Source: a virus
Length of the DNA: 64,000 nucleotides
Virus record (IMG/VR): IMGVR_UViG_3300009499_000148
Coordinates: 32,001-96,000 of that record
Direction: 5' to 3' (one strand)
Shown: piece after piece, positions 1-9,607 of the stretch
Position numbering within the stretch: position 1 is the stretch's first letter
Layout of the letters: every line of letters begins with the position of its first letter
The notes under the pieces: model-generated
The model's input: the letters and a program-made list of their open reading frames with translations, nothing else
What the model was told of the DNA's origin: nothing
Databases searched by the model: none
Translations under genes and position numbers: made by a program

Positions 1-334
1 TGGCGACGACGTTGAAGTATGAAAAAGCCTTGAAACCCTTCGTGGCATCATACTTGTGAATCGCCTCGTACAAAAACGTTATGCAATCATTCTTTAAATC
101 ATCATACGTGTCATGGAGGCCCCTAAAACCGTGGATGAATATCAGGTTCTCAACGAGCTTATCGAACGCAGGGTATATCTCTGCAAGATACAGCTTCTCT
201 CTTTCAGACCTATCTGTCATCGTTTGGTACGCGATGATTGCCGCCGTCGTTCCCTCATTGAAATACATGTTCGACTTACCACCAGGCTTTCTCCTGATGA
301 TTTTCGACTTCTTTTTAACTGTCCTTAGCGTCAT
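1..334 (-). CDS. T4 gp55-like late sigma factor (partial, runs off window)
   Basis: Not in the ORF track. Manual translation from ATG 334: MTLRTVKKK...MYFNEGTTAAII...AFDKLVENLI...DLKNDCITFLYEAIHKYDATKGFKAFSYFNVVA, a phage sigma region 2 signature (D..KG.KAFSYF). Confidence 0.75.
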   Translation of the reverse strand, partial: MTLRTVKKKSKIIRRKPGGKSNMYFNEGTTAAIIAYQTMTDRSEREKLYLAEIYPAFDKLVENLIFIHGFRGLHDTYDDLKNDCITFLYEAIHKYDATKGFKAFSYFNVVA

Positions 335-641
335 CGACTTCCTCCGTAATGCCGCCGTATGGAGCAGCTAGCACATTCGAAACATACAATATCGAATCAC
401 GAACATTTGCCATCTGTCGCACGACATGCTGTGCCTCAGGAGTATTGACTGCTATCGGTAGCTCAAGCACACCAACAACATGTCCATACGCACTATCACA
501 TACATCAAGTGCCTCACTCAATGCATCCTCAAGCTCAATGATGATACGAGCATATCGCATAAGAACACGTATGCACATGATTAATGCAGCAAAAAGCACA
601 ATGCTCATGATTGTCAAGAACGCAATCACAGCTTTTCCCAA
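315..641 (-). CDS. hypothetical membrane-anchored protein
   Basis: N-terminal hydrophobic helix followed by a coiled region; overlaps both neighbours. Confidence 0.6.
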   Translation of the reverse strand: MGKAVIAFLTIMSIVLFAALIMCIRVLMRYARIIIELEDALSEALDVCDSAYGHVVGVLELPIAVNTPEAQHVVRQMANVRDSILYVSNVLAAPYGGITEEVDDAKDS

Positions 642-1813
642 AGCTCATCATACATCTTCGAGATTGATGAGTGACTGAATCTATCTAGAACGATGGGTGA
701 TAGCTCTTTTGCCCATTGCATCGGTATCGCGGGTCTCTCATAAAACTTAAGTAACCTTGACTTCGCGTCATGCTCACTTGGCTCAGCCCATCTAGAACCC
801 TGCATGAATATTGCACGTGCAGCATCATTTGGACCGGGCCTGTCAATCCGAGTTGGTGGAAGCTCCTTAAGTTCAAAATCAACCTTGATGAAACGACCGA
901 ATTTCATGAAATCTAGATGACCAGACCAGTTCGTGGCGATGACGGGTAGACCAGCCGCTGCGGCCTCTAGGATGGGAAGACCGTAGCCCTCACCACGCGT
1001 GAGCGTTAAGAACGCCTTAATCGAGTCATGATGATACAACGATGCCATCTCATCATCTGTCAGCATTCCATGCACAAGGCTGACACGTGGATATGGGCCC
1101 TTTCTGACCTGATTTAGCACACCCCTCAGCGTGTCAACAGTGACCCTACGGTCAATCTTCGTTTCACGCCCAGAGTTCGTCTTGATGATGAGACCGACAT
1201 CTGGATTATCCTTGAACGTCTCACAAAACCACTTCAACGTGTTAAAGATGTTCTTTCTATCACCCTCGACAGACCTCGACGTGAGCTGACCAACAAGCAA
1301 AAAATTGAACTTTGTTTCAAATTCAAACGATGACGGCTTAATTGAGTCAGCATCAAGCAGTGTGTCGATGAATGACTCCGGTATCACATGCAATGAATCG
1401 GGTCGATTGATGATACCCGTCTTTTCAATGACGCCACGTGTGAAAGTAGATGGCACAATCACATGCTCCATGGAATTGATGGCACCCAACCACGCAGGAT
1501 TGCATGTCGTCGTCTCAACAATCGCTGAAACACCGATGTTCGTCTTTGCAATACCGGGCGTCCACTCATTCGGAAGCTGCACCTGAAACGAGACATCGAA
1601 CGGGCCCTTGTCGTCCCTTGACCTATCAATCATTTGTCCAATGAGACCACCGCATGCTTCACGGTCTAGGTACCATGGCGTGATGCCCCATGGAGTGGGA
1701 TGTATCGTGAGCTCAACATCTGGCCTAGAAAGCAACCATCTAGCTATCTGACGCGTATGTACGCCATATCCCGATGAGCTCAGGGCCGGGCCACGCAATA
1801 ATACTTTTTTCAT
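626..1813 (-). CDS. GT4 family glycosyltransferase
   Basis: SSSGYG N-terminus, RKN motif, GEGYGLPILEAAAAGLPVIAT; SD GGAGG before ATG 1813. Confidence 0.9.
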   Translation of the reverse strand: MKKVLLRGPALSSSGYGVHTRQIARWLLSRPDVELTIHPTPWGITPWYLDREACGGLIGQMIDRSRDDKGPFDVSFQVQLPNEWTPGIAKTNIGVSAIVETTTCNPAWLGAINSMEHVIVPSTFTRGVIEKTGIINRPDSLHVIPESFIDTLLDADSIKPSSFEFETKFNFLLVGQLTSRSVEGDRKNIFNTLKWFCETFKDNPDVGLIIKTNSGRETKIDRRVTVDTLRGVLNQVRKGPYPRVSLVHGMLTDDEMASLYHHDSIKAFLTLTRGEGYGLPILEAAAAGLPVIATNWSGHLDFMKFGRFIKVDFELKELPPTRIDRPGPNDAARAIFMQGSRWAEPSEHDAKSRLLKFYERPAIPMQWAKELSPIVLDRFSHSSISKMYDELWEKL

Positions 1814-1850
1814 CTCTCCTCCATATATTACAATACTCAACAACTGTCTG

Positions 1851-4325
1851 TCACAGTTTCACAATCTCAACAGGACGATAGATGCTAGCTTTATTGCTCT
1901 TCCACGTTTCAATCGTCGTCGAAAGCGTCGTGTGCCAATCAGCGACCGTCTTTGAGAGACTAAACTCAGACAACACATACTGTCTGGCCTTCTCTCCAAG
2001 ACGTTCTCTTTCTTCATTACCCATGTCAAACATCTTAAGAAGAGCATCTGCGATTGTCTGGTTTGAACAGTAATCCTCGTAGATGTACGGACACAGCTGG
2101 CTTCCAACAAGAGTTTGCACCTCAACAGGAAGCGCGATACCATTCTCAGAACCATCACGATGGTCGACCACCTGACGTGTGAGGCCTCCCGTCTTTAATG
2201 CAATGATTGGTGTGCCGCACTGCATCGCCTCAAGTGTGCCTAAACCGAAGCCCTCATTACAGTTATGCGCTAAACATGTCTTAGTGGCATAAGAGTTATC
2301 TTTTTCAACTTCAAGATTAAACACCTTACATTCTACATCATCAACGTCAATCTCAAAAATACGTGCAATAATCAAGTTACCAACATTCCATGTTCGACAT
2401 GAACCATTCGAGCCCTCGGCATGTCGTCTATCACGCCACTCAATAGTCCAAATGCGTCCATTCTTGTTGTATCCATGACTATTATCATCATCATGTATCT
2501 GAGGACAATAGCCCAATGAAACAAGAAGTTGTTTCATATCAACCGCTAGACCATTTGAAATTGTTCTAACACGATTGACATACGTTGCATGTTGTTTATG
2601 AAACAGAACGCAACCGTCTCCTGCTTGATAGCCAGCTAAAAATGCCCTTTTGATGCTTTCATTTGATGAAAGAATTGCTCTTGGAATTCTTTTACCCTCA
2701 GAATATTCACCACAAACGTCTGTTATAAACGCTGAGTATACTGCTGGGTTCTTAAGATTTACTTCTAAGTGTCTGTCAAATTCTTTGATATAAGCAGTCT
2801 GTCCAAACACTCTTTCATACTTTTGGCGTAGCGTTTCTGCTAAATCAGCATCAAGCTTATTAAATGACACACTCATTGAATGAGTTGAACCATCAGCTAT
2901 CCATTCACCGAGAACATACGCGAAATCTTCATCAAGCTTGATATTTTCATGAGCAGCAAACTCGTCTATGCTCAATGCACAGTTATATTTAATTTTGCCA
3001 TTTTCACATCTGTATTTCATACGTGTTTTATTAAAATGCTCAAAACTTTCATCTTTAACTGAGTCCCAAACATTAAACTCATACGCATTAACACTGTCTA
3101 TTTTTTCGACACAATCTACGACATAGTCACCAACGCAAACATCAGACACCCTAATCCACTCAGCATGCTCAATCATGCTTTTTATATTTCTGCCAGGTAA
3201 TGAATTTGCGTGCTCACGCCTAATGACACGAATCGGATGTTCTTCTGTCATAGATAGTGTATCTGCATTTGACACATGTATCGTGTATAGTTTTCCAGAA
3301 TACTGTCTTTCATATTTTCGAACGACGGGCATGTATCTTCCCATATGCGTCAACACACTGTCGCCCGGTTCAATTGTTTCAATATCTTGGAATCCTTTTT
3401 CTGAAACAACTTTTGTTTTTGCAGGAAAACAGCTTATATTCACGACAACGTCAGAGATGTTATGCATCACCGCAACGTCTTCAAACAGAATTCTGTCCTT
3501 CGAAAAAATGACATCATTCTGTATCCCCAGCATCTCTGATGTTGCTACGAGGTTCGAGCCTGCCTGGTCGAATGGGTCCGTATGCATCAGAAGCGTCGCC
3601 TTTCTATGTCCGTGCTTCTTCTCAAGCATGTCCATGAACAGCTTCCATGCCTCGAGGAGGTCATTCGACCTCTTTCTCTTTGCATTTCTGTTTATCCAAA
3701 ATGACACGAAGTGGTCTTGGCGGTCAGGAGGAAGGAGACGCTTCTTAAAATCAGCCACGACGGTCGGCGAAAGTGGATGGAATATCTCCTGTGGGACAGC
3801 ATGAGGAATAAAATTAGTCTTCTCAGGAAAGTGTTCATGCACCATCTTATACGTGAGGTATGAATGACAATTGATGAGGTCTGTGCTTTCATACAGCACA
3901 CGATTGAACTCAGGCCACGGTAAGTTATCCCATACATGCCAATAAACTATCGGACATACCTGGTGTATCTCCTCTTCCATCTCCCATAGCCAAATGAAGA
4001 AGCGAGGGTCAGTAAAAATGAACAAGGCGTCTGGTTTTTCTGTCGCTAGGACCTGCCTCATCATGTTTGTGTCACCGAACCCGTCGATGGGTTTGATGAT
4101 GAAATCACCCGGCTCCCATGCAGCGCTCGTCGGTGGAACAGAGACCGTCTTATAGTCAGCGTGTTTGACAGCAGCGCCAAAACACTTGATGCGATACTCA
4201 CCCGTGTCTAGAAGTCCTGTTAGGAGGTATCGTGCCTGTGTACCAACTCCACTGGTTGATAAAGGATGGTCACAGAGCACCAATATCGTCTTCTTTTTTT
4301 TCTCAACAATTTTTACATTTTCCAT
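1851..4325 (-). CDS. GT4 family glycosyltransferase containing an intein
   Basis: DHPLSTSGVG, NRNAKRK, EGFGLGTLEAMQCGTP; 390-aa insertion between NIS and CNEGFG. Confidence 0.9.
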   Translation of the reverse strand: MENVKIVEKKKKTILVLCDHPLSTSGVGTQARYLLTGLLDTGEYRIKCFGAAVKHADYKTVSVPPTSAAWEPGDFIIKPIDGFGDTNMMRQVLATEKPDALFIFTDPRFFIWLWEMEEEIHQVCPIVYWHVWDNLPWPEFNRVLYESTDLINCHSYLTYKMVHEHFPEKTNFIPHAVPQEIFHPLSPTVVADFKKRLLPPDRQDHFVSFWINRNAKRKRSNDLLEAWKLFMDMLEKKHGHRKATLLMHTDPFDQAGSNLVATSEMLGIQNDVIFSKDRILFEDVAVMHNISDVVVNISCFPAKTKVVSEKGFQDIETIEPGDSVLTHMGRYMPVVRKYERQYSGKLYTIHVSNADTLSMTEEHPIRVIRREHANSLPGRNIKSMIEHAEWIRVSDVCVGDYVVDCVEKIDSVNAYEFNVWDSVKDESFEHFNKTRMKYRCENGKIKYNCALSIDEFAAHENIKLDEDFAYVLGEWIADGSTHSMSVSFNKLDADLAETLRQKYERVFGQTAYIKEFDRHLEVNLKNPAVYSAFITDVCGEYSEGKRIPRAILSSNESIKRAFLAGYQAGDGCVLFHKQHATYVNRVRTISNGLAVDMKQLLVSLGYCPQIHDDDNSHGYNKNGRIWTIEWRDRRHAEGSNGSCRTWNVGNLIIARIFEIDVDDVECKVFNLEVEKDNSYATKTCLAHNCNEGFGLGTLEAMQCGTPIIALKTGGLTRQVVDHRDGSENGIALPVEVQTLVGSQLCPYIYEDYCSNQTIADALLKMFDMGNEERERLGEKARQYVLSEFSLSKTVADWHTTLSTTIETWKSNKASIYRPVEIVKL
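2262..3431 (-). mobile_element. intein with LAGLIDADG homing endonuclease
   Basis: Starts CFPAKTKV, block B TEEHP, LGEWIADG and FLAGYQAGDG, ends VFNLEVEKDNSY...LAHN followed by Cys+1. Confidence 0.92.
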
Positions 4326-5296
4326 TAAAGAACTCCTAACTCCTTCAGCTCATGTTCGCGAATTATGACGATATTAACGCTTTCATTACTTCGTCTAATG
4401 CATTCAAATTTTTCAAGTGAATGACTCAACACAAACTCGTTTTTTGTATCTACGAATGAATCACGACCCTTCCAATTTTTCACAAAAAAGTCAGGAAAAT
4501 ATAGGCGCTGTTTGCCTTTTGTGTCGAACCACACCAGGGGCTTCGGATGTGTCTCAAACACATACCCATTAGCATCCAAAAATTTTATGAACCCGAGTTC
4601 CCATGTGCCCTGAACATGGTTCGACCGGCCCAAAGAGTCGATGTAATCATACCACCTAACGTTCGTAAAAATTACATTATTAAAGTCGCCTCTTTCCCAC
4701 GCTTGCTGCACTGATATCGATAAAGCCGTTCGCGTCTTTGGGCTGTGCTTTTTACCGTAATACGGATTTCCCGGGCCACGGTATGACGCATTTTGACATG
4801 TTGAACCACAAAATTTTGCGCTTTTTCTGCTCTTAATAACGCTAAATGTAACACCACACTGCCTGCATACATTTTGTACTCTTTTATGGGAGCGATGCTC
4901 ATATGAACATTCACGTGAGCAATACGTTCGATTCAAAAGCTTTCTAGATGTAAAGTCATTTTTGCATGTAAGACACTGCTTCTTCTCATATGCTTCACTC
5001 TTACGAAGGCCATTGATTGACTCTCTAGCGCAACCGTCGTAGCAATGCTTGCGTGCTCTATCAATGTAGGAAGCAATAAACGTTTTACCACATGATGTAC
5101 AGTCAATGCTAACATCAGGATGCTTTTTGATGTGCAATTTTGTCGCACATGATTTGCTGCACGTTGAACGTAAAGCATCTTTCAAACGTTTTCTTACAAC
5201 GCTAAAATCAACAGCACATACATCACAACGCATGTGCATTATGACACGAGTTCTCTTTGGACCAATGTGCTCTAGGCTTTCGCTCAATAAAACCAT
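4325..5296 (-). CDS. free-standing endonuclease: Zn-finger repeats, NUMOD3, TnsA-like PD-(D/E)XK domain
   Basis: Repeated CxxC...CSxxC units, GNPYYGKKHS, GTWE...YFPDF...VDTK. Confidence 0.75.
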   Translation of the reverse strand: MVLLSESLEHIGPKRTRVIMHMRCDVCAVDFSVVRKRLKDALRSTCSKSCATKLHIKKHPDVSIDCTSCGKTFIASYIDRARKHCYDGCARESINGLRKSEAYEKKQCLTCKNDFTSRKLLNRTYCSRECSYEHRSHKRVQNVCRQCGVTFSVIKSRKSAKFCGSTCQNASYRGPGNPYYGKKHSPKTRTALSISVQQAWERGDFNNVIFTNVRWYDYIDSLGRSNHVQGTWELGFIKFLDANGYVFETHPKPLVWFDTKGKQRLYFPDFFVKNWKGRDSFVDTKNEFVLSHSLEKFECIRRSNESVNIVIIREHELKELGVL

Positions 5297-5411
5297 CGTA
5301 TATTATGCTAGTGTCGCATTCACGCACGTATCAGTGATACGAGCATTATGCTTCATGACACCGTCGATTCTTAAAATCACAACATATTATACATGATGCA
5401 TCACAACACAA

Positions 5412-5867
5412 TCAACGATTGTCGCATGTCACGGTCTCATATGCATCAAGACCCATGACGACATCATCAACCACAAGCACAGGCATCAGTCTTGTGGTGC
5501 CATCAACAGTCAATACTCTTATGAACGACACGAGCCTAGCATCAATCACGTCTCTCGTGGTAAATTTCGACACAGAAGATGAATGATTAAGCTCTTTAAG
5601 CTCAGCATCAGATAGTTGCATGTACATGATGCTGACTACATTTGTCTCGTTATCAACGACAGTCACATACACTGTAGCAGTATTATGCAACATGCTATCA
5701 TAAATTAGTGTCTTTCTATATGCATCAAATACCGACAGTCCATACTCAGCGTACAACTGCGACTTGCATATACGTTCAAGACACATCACACTCTCAGCAT
5801 GATTATGCTTTGATACAAGGAGTGTTCCAACAGCTGGCATATGCACGTTATCAGGCATCGATGACAT
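5412..5867 (-). CDS. hypothetical protein
   Basis: ORF overlapping its upstream neighbour; N-terminal PAVGTLL motif. Confidence 0.5.
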   Translation of the reverse strand: MSSMPDNVHMPAVGTLLVSKHNHAESVMCLERICKSQLYAEYGLSVFDAYRKTLIYDSMLHNTATVYVTVVDNETNVVSIMYMQLSDAELKELNHSSSVSKFTTRDVIDARLVSFIRVLTVDGTTRLMPVLVVDDVVMGLDAYETVTCDNR

Positions 5868-6366
5868 CAAACATCGGACAGTACATGATATCACCGACAA
5901 CGACAGCTGGTATCGACAACAACTCACCCGCCCGTGATAGCAAGGTCACGATGCTGATGGCATCATCTGGAATCCGAAACCCATGATGATAAGCATCGAA
6001 TGTTGCAACTGTTGAAGTCGTTGCTGAGACTGACTGTCTTGGGCTGAACTGATACAGTAATGCTGCTGCATCATCATCATGAAGCACGTACTCACGCATC
6101 CATTTTTGACGACCAACGTTGTATGAAGCTATGATATGAACGCTGAATGCAAGTGAATTAGCGCTATATGAGGATTTAAGCACTCTTATGTTTATGTCAT
6201 ACATCTCGTTCGATGTGGGCGCCATTGGCTTCGTGATAAGCGTTCCATCAAGTGTTTGTGTGCATATCAAATCATTGTGATGACGATCGATACTGATGAG
6301 CATTAAAACATCTGCGTCGTTACGAAACGAAACAAGTGAGCCATTCTTTGGAATTGTGAAGCTCAC
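5851..6366 (-). CDS. hypothetical protein
   Basis: Start overlaps the upstream stop; N-terminal PKNGSLV; loosely similar to 5412..5867. Confidence 0.5.
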   Translation of the reverse strand: MSFTIPKNGSLVSFRNDADVLMLISIDRHHNDLICTQTLDGTLITKPMAPTSNEMYDINIRVLKSSYSANSLAFSVHIIASYNVGRQKWMREYVLHDDDAAALLYQFSPRQSVSATTSTVATFDAYHHGFRIPDDAISIVTLLSRAGELLSIPAVVVGDIMYCPMFDVIDA

Positions 6367-7235
6367 TCTATCTCCTGTGGAGCAACAGGTGTCGATGGTC
6401 TGACACCATCAGGACACAGCTCTGTGCCAGCAAACTCACAGAACTTACATGCCTCCCTGTTCTTAAGGAACCATCCCTTCTTGACAGCACGGACGTGGTT
6501 GTCGATGATTCTCATGCCCCGTGCAACAGGAGATGGACCTGCAGAGACCCTGATGAATTGGACTGAGCTTCCAACCTTGCCATCACGCTTTAAAAGCCCG
6601 AAGGCACACCTGACATCACGTGTGTTGATATCATGCTTCTTGCACCAAAAATTCTTATACAGTAAGAGTTGTAGCTGAACGTTGAAGTCGTTCTGTTTCT
6701 CACGCGACCAACCCCATCCACAGGTCTTCCAGTCTATCATCCAATACTTCTTACGGCCCCTCTTATCTCTAACGACGATGATTGCGTCGATGAAGCCCTT
6801 GAAGCTGATTTGTTGGTTTTCAATTGCCTCGTAGAGAGGCTCCTCTGCTGCATAACACTCCCATCCGGGAAACGTCTCATCAAGGTATGCAGGAACATCA
6901 TCGCAGATGCGACTCACCATCCCAATCCAATCATCGACACACCCAAACCCATGCGGAGCCCACGACGGGAATGGTCCCTTCGTGAAGAGCTCCTCGTTGT
7001 TTTTCCAATCCTCGCGGATGATATCAATCGCAATCTGTTTATTCATCACACGCGTCTTGATGTAATTCTCAGTCGATGCATGGATTGCTGTGCCAAACCC
7101 GAGATGTGGTGTTGGAACGAACACACCCTTCTTCTCGATATGAATCAAACGATGACGCCACGGACACTTCAACCAATCTCCAAGCTCAGAAAATGAGATG
7201 TGTTTCTTTCCTGTCGGCCACGCAAAATCAGACAT
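6363..7235 (-). CDS. PD-(D/E)XK nuclease, Cas4/AddB-like with Fe-S cysteines
   Basis: SFSE...CP, GTAIH, E, GFID, IDWKT, QLxxY, CKFCEF...LCP. Confidence 0.85.
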   Translation of the reverse strand: MSDFAWPTGKKHISFSELGDWLKCPWRHRLIHIEKKGVFVPTPHLGFGTAIHASTENYIKTRVMNKQIAIDIIREDWKNNEELFTKGPFPSWAPHGFGCVDDWIGMVSRICDDVPAYLDETFPGWECYAAEEPLYEAIENQQISFKGFIDAIIVVRDKRGRKKYWMIDWKTCGWGWSREKQNDFNVQLQLLLYKNFWCKKHDINTRDVRCAFGLLKRDGKVGSSVQFIRVSAGPSPVARGMRIIDNHVRAVKKGWFLKNREACKFCEFAGTELCPDGVRPSTPVAPQEIE

Positions 7236-7286
7236 ATATAATAATATCAACGCTTTGCATCATCGTTCATGATGCTACCCTTCGCA

Positions 7287-7553
7287 TCAGTCGTCGTTGT
7301 AGCCACTACCCGCGCATGCGCCACACGGAGGTGAGCCAGCGCTGTCATAGTAACCAGACCCGTTGCATGCAACACATCTCGACCCGATGCTATCAGCATC
7401 GAGACGTCGTAACAGCTCTTCACGAACAGACATGATGCGCTTCCTGTTATCCATCTCATTGCCTATCGATGATTCGCTTTCGAGCAAATCGACTAGCTCA
7501 ACAGTCGTCAATCCTTTCAAATATGTTCTGTTGTGTGGTAAATCACCGTTCAT
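7287..7553 (-). CDS. small protein with DnaJ-type CxxCxGxG zinc finger
   Basis: CVACNGSG...CGACAGSG. Confidence 0.55.
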   Translation of the reverse strand: MNGDLPHNRTYLKGLTTVELVDLLESESSIGNEMDNRKRIMSVREELLRRLDADSIGSRCVACNGSGYYDSAGSPPCGACAGSGYNDD

Positions 7554-7558
7554 GATAC

Positions 7559-8137
7559 TCACCCGTCCTTCAGCATCAACGTATCGATGCATTCACATAT
7601 GATGTGCTCAACAGCCAACATCCTCTCCTGGATGATTGCTGTCGTTGAGCCGCCGACAGCAATAGCGACATCAGACAGTTTCTCAAGCCTCGTGTCTTTC
7701 CCACCCACAAGCCCAATCGTCTTCAGGGCCCTCTCTCTAGCATACTCCATTGCATTGAGGATGCTCTTGGATGAACCCGATGTGCTGATACCAAGGATGA
7801 CATCATCAGGATTACACAGCGCTTCTAGCTGTCTCCTAAAGACATAGTCGTACTCCCAATCATTGGCAATCGCAGTAAGCGCTGATGTGTCTGTTGTGAG
7901 CGCGATGGCAGGAAGACCCTCCCTATCACGTCTGAAGCGACCAACGAGCTCAGCCGCCATGTGCTGTGAGTCAGCGGCGGAGCCGCCATTACCACATATG
8001 AATAAGCGACCACCCCTGTTGAAAGCTGAAACAATCAGACATGCTGCATCACAAATCTCTGGAGCAACATCATGAAGCGCGGGCCGGAAGCCACGCCTAT
8101 CATCAATGAGCTCATGTATGTCTTTAAGAAGCTTCAT
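7559..8137 (-). CDS. gmhA: phosphoheptose isomerase (SIS domain)
   Basis: CGNGGSAADSQHMAAELVGRF, TAIAND, STSGSS, IQE. Confidence 0.92.
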   Translation of the reverse strand: MKLLKDIHELIDDRRGFRPALHDVAPEICDAACLIVSAFNRGGRLFICGNGGSAADSQHMAAELVGRFRRDREGLPAIALTTDTSALTAIANDWEYDYVFRRQLEALCNPDDVILGISTSGSSKSILNAMEYARERALKTIGLVGGKDTRLEKLSDVAIAVGGSTTAIIQERMLAVEHIICECIDTLMLKDG

Positions 8138-8140
8138 TTC

Positions 8141-9067
8141 TTAACCCAGTGTGTTCGTCTTTCGAAGCTTCTTGATTATGGGTTGCTCACTGTCATAAAC
8201 CCTCTTGACACCGTTACCCATCATCGATGTCGTGATGCGAACGTAATCAACGAGCTTCTTCACACCCTCAGGTTCAAGGCTTGCGCTCTGGTCTGAACCG
8301 TATGACGTTCTATCGAGTGTGATATGGAACTCAAGCATCTTTGCACCAAGAGCGACGACGGCGGGAACCCATGACAGGCCTGAGTAGTGATTTGAAAAAC
8401 CGATGTTCGGTCGCGACCTATCGTTGAACGTCATAGTCGTCATGCTCAGGTTCTTGAGACCCATATCCACGGCACGTGCAAGGCGTGGGATGATGTCGAA
8501 TGAATCGTTCAGAGTTCGAATGTAGCTCAGGTTCATCTCTTCTGGCTTCGTTGGATATGTGCTTGTGCAATGGAGGATTGTGTCAAGGCTTGTGCCAAGA
8601 ATATCACACGCTCTGAATATCTGTTCCTCTGTCGCCATTCCCGTCGATAGGATGACTGGCTTCCTCGTCATGACCAACCGCTCAAGAAAACGAACGTCAG
8701 TCAGCAATGCTGATGCGACCTTATGAAAGGGTACATCGAAATTGTTATCGATGAAATCGACTGACAACTTATCCCAACATGAGACGAACCATCCGATGCC
8801 ACGCTCACGACAGTGCTTATCGATGGCGTGGTATTCATCTAGACCAAACTCAAGTCCCTCTTTTTGAGCACGGTTCGTCTTTCCCCACGGGCTTTCACGA
8901 GGAGCATCTAGCTCTTCCTGTGTGTAGCATGTGTTGATGTCCCGCTTCTGAAACTTTATGTAATCGCAACCACTATCTGCAGCTACGTCGATAAGCTTCC
9001 TAGCAATGTCAATCGAACCGTTTGCGTTAATCCCTGCCTCGGCAACAAGCGTGATACCATTAATCAT
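8141..9067 (-). CDS. neuB: N-acetylneuraminate synthase family protein (NeuB-like, no C-terminal SAF domain)
   Basis: AEAGINANG, KFQKR, KVAS, LSTGM, HCTSTYP, EFHITLDR, GSDQSASLEP. Confidence 0.9.
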   Translation of the reverse strand: MINGITLVAEAGINANGSIDIARKLIDVAADSGCDYIKFQKRDINTCYTQEELDAPRESPWGKTNRAQKEGLEFGLDEYHAIDKHCRERGIGWFVSCWDKLSVDFIDNNFDVPFHKVASALLTDVRFLERLVMTRKPVILSTGMATEEQIFRACDILGTSLDTILHCTSTYPTKPEEMNLSYIRTLNDSFDIIPRLARAVDMGLKNLSMTTMTFNDRSRPNIGFSNHYSGLSWVPAVVALGAKMLEFHITLDRTSYGSDQSASLEPEGVKKLVDYVRITTSMMGNGVKRVYDSEQPIIKKLRKTNTLG

Positions 9068-9121
9068 ATCTCTAACCCCTAAGCTGTCCACAACGTAAGT
9101 TTCATTGTATAGTCCTATTGT

Positions 9122-9607
9122 TTACTTAAAAAATGCACGTATATATGTTTTAAAGTTTTTTACAAAAACAAAGAACATATGAAACTGTAATGATATAGAT
9201 GTGTCATACTTCAACATGATTCGATATGCTCTCAACCATGCATTAAATTCAAAACGAACTCTATGGAAATCAACTCTATCATCAGAAAAATCTTCGCTGA
9301 GTCTTATATAGCCTTCTTTTTCTTGTTGAGTATGTCCATATTCATGTAATAAAACACATGCACACTCTTTAATATTAAAAGGCCAATGTATTGAATATAA
9401 AGAACTAGCTTTGGGTGAAAAATCTTCACTTAAAAATAAAAAAGGCCTTAAGGCAAATTTCGGCGATATTCTTACTTGAAGTGGTATTTTTTCATACTGA
9501 AAATTTCGATTGTCAAATATCAATTTTTGTGAATGAGGTTGACTATCAATAATATGATTCCAAAGCCTATTACACTTAATGTTATTACACATCACCACGC
9601 TCTCCAT
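9122..9607 (-). CDS. AT-rich hypothetical protein with HExxH metallopeptidase-like motif
   Basis: LLHEYGH...EFNAW. Confidence 0.5.
   Translation of the reverse strand: MESVVMCNNIKCNRLWNHIIDSQPHSQKLIFDNRNFQYEKIPLQVRISPKFALRPFLFLSEDFSPKASSLYSIHWPFNIKECACVLLHEYGHTQQEKEGYIRLSEDFSDDRVDFHRVRFEFNAWLRAYRIMLKYDTSISLQFHMFFVFVKNFKTYIRAFFK

Noticed and set aside
4325-5296. TnsA-like nucleases (also 36395..37231) as a Tn7-like transposon
   Set aside because: No TnsB/TnsC genes or terminal repeats were seen; the architecture is that of free-standing homing nucleases
6363-7235. Cas4 as part of a CRISPR system
   Set aside because: No repeat-spacer array or other cas genes were seen; solo Cas4-like nucleases are common in phages
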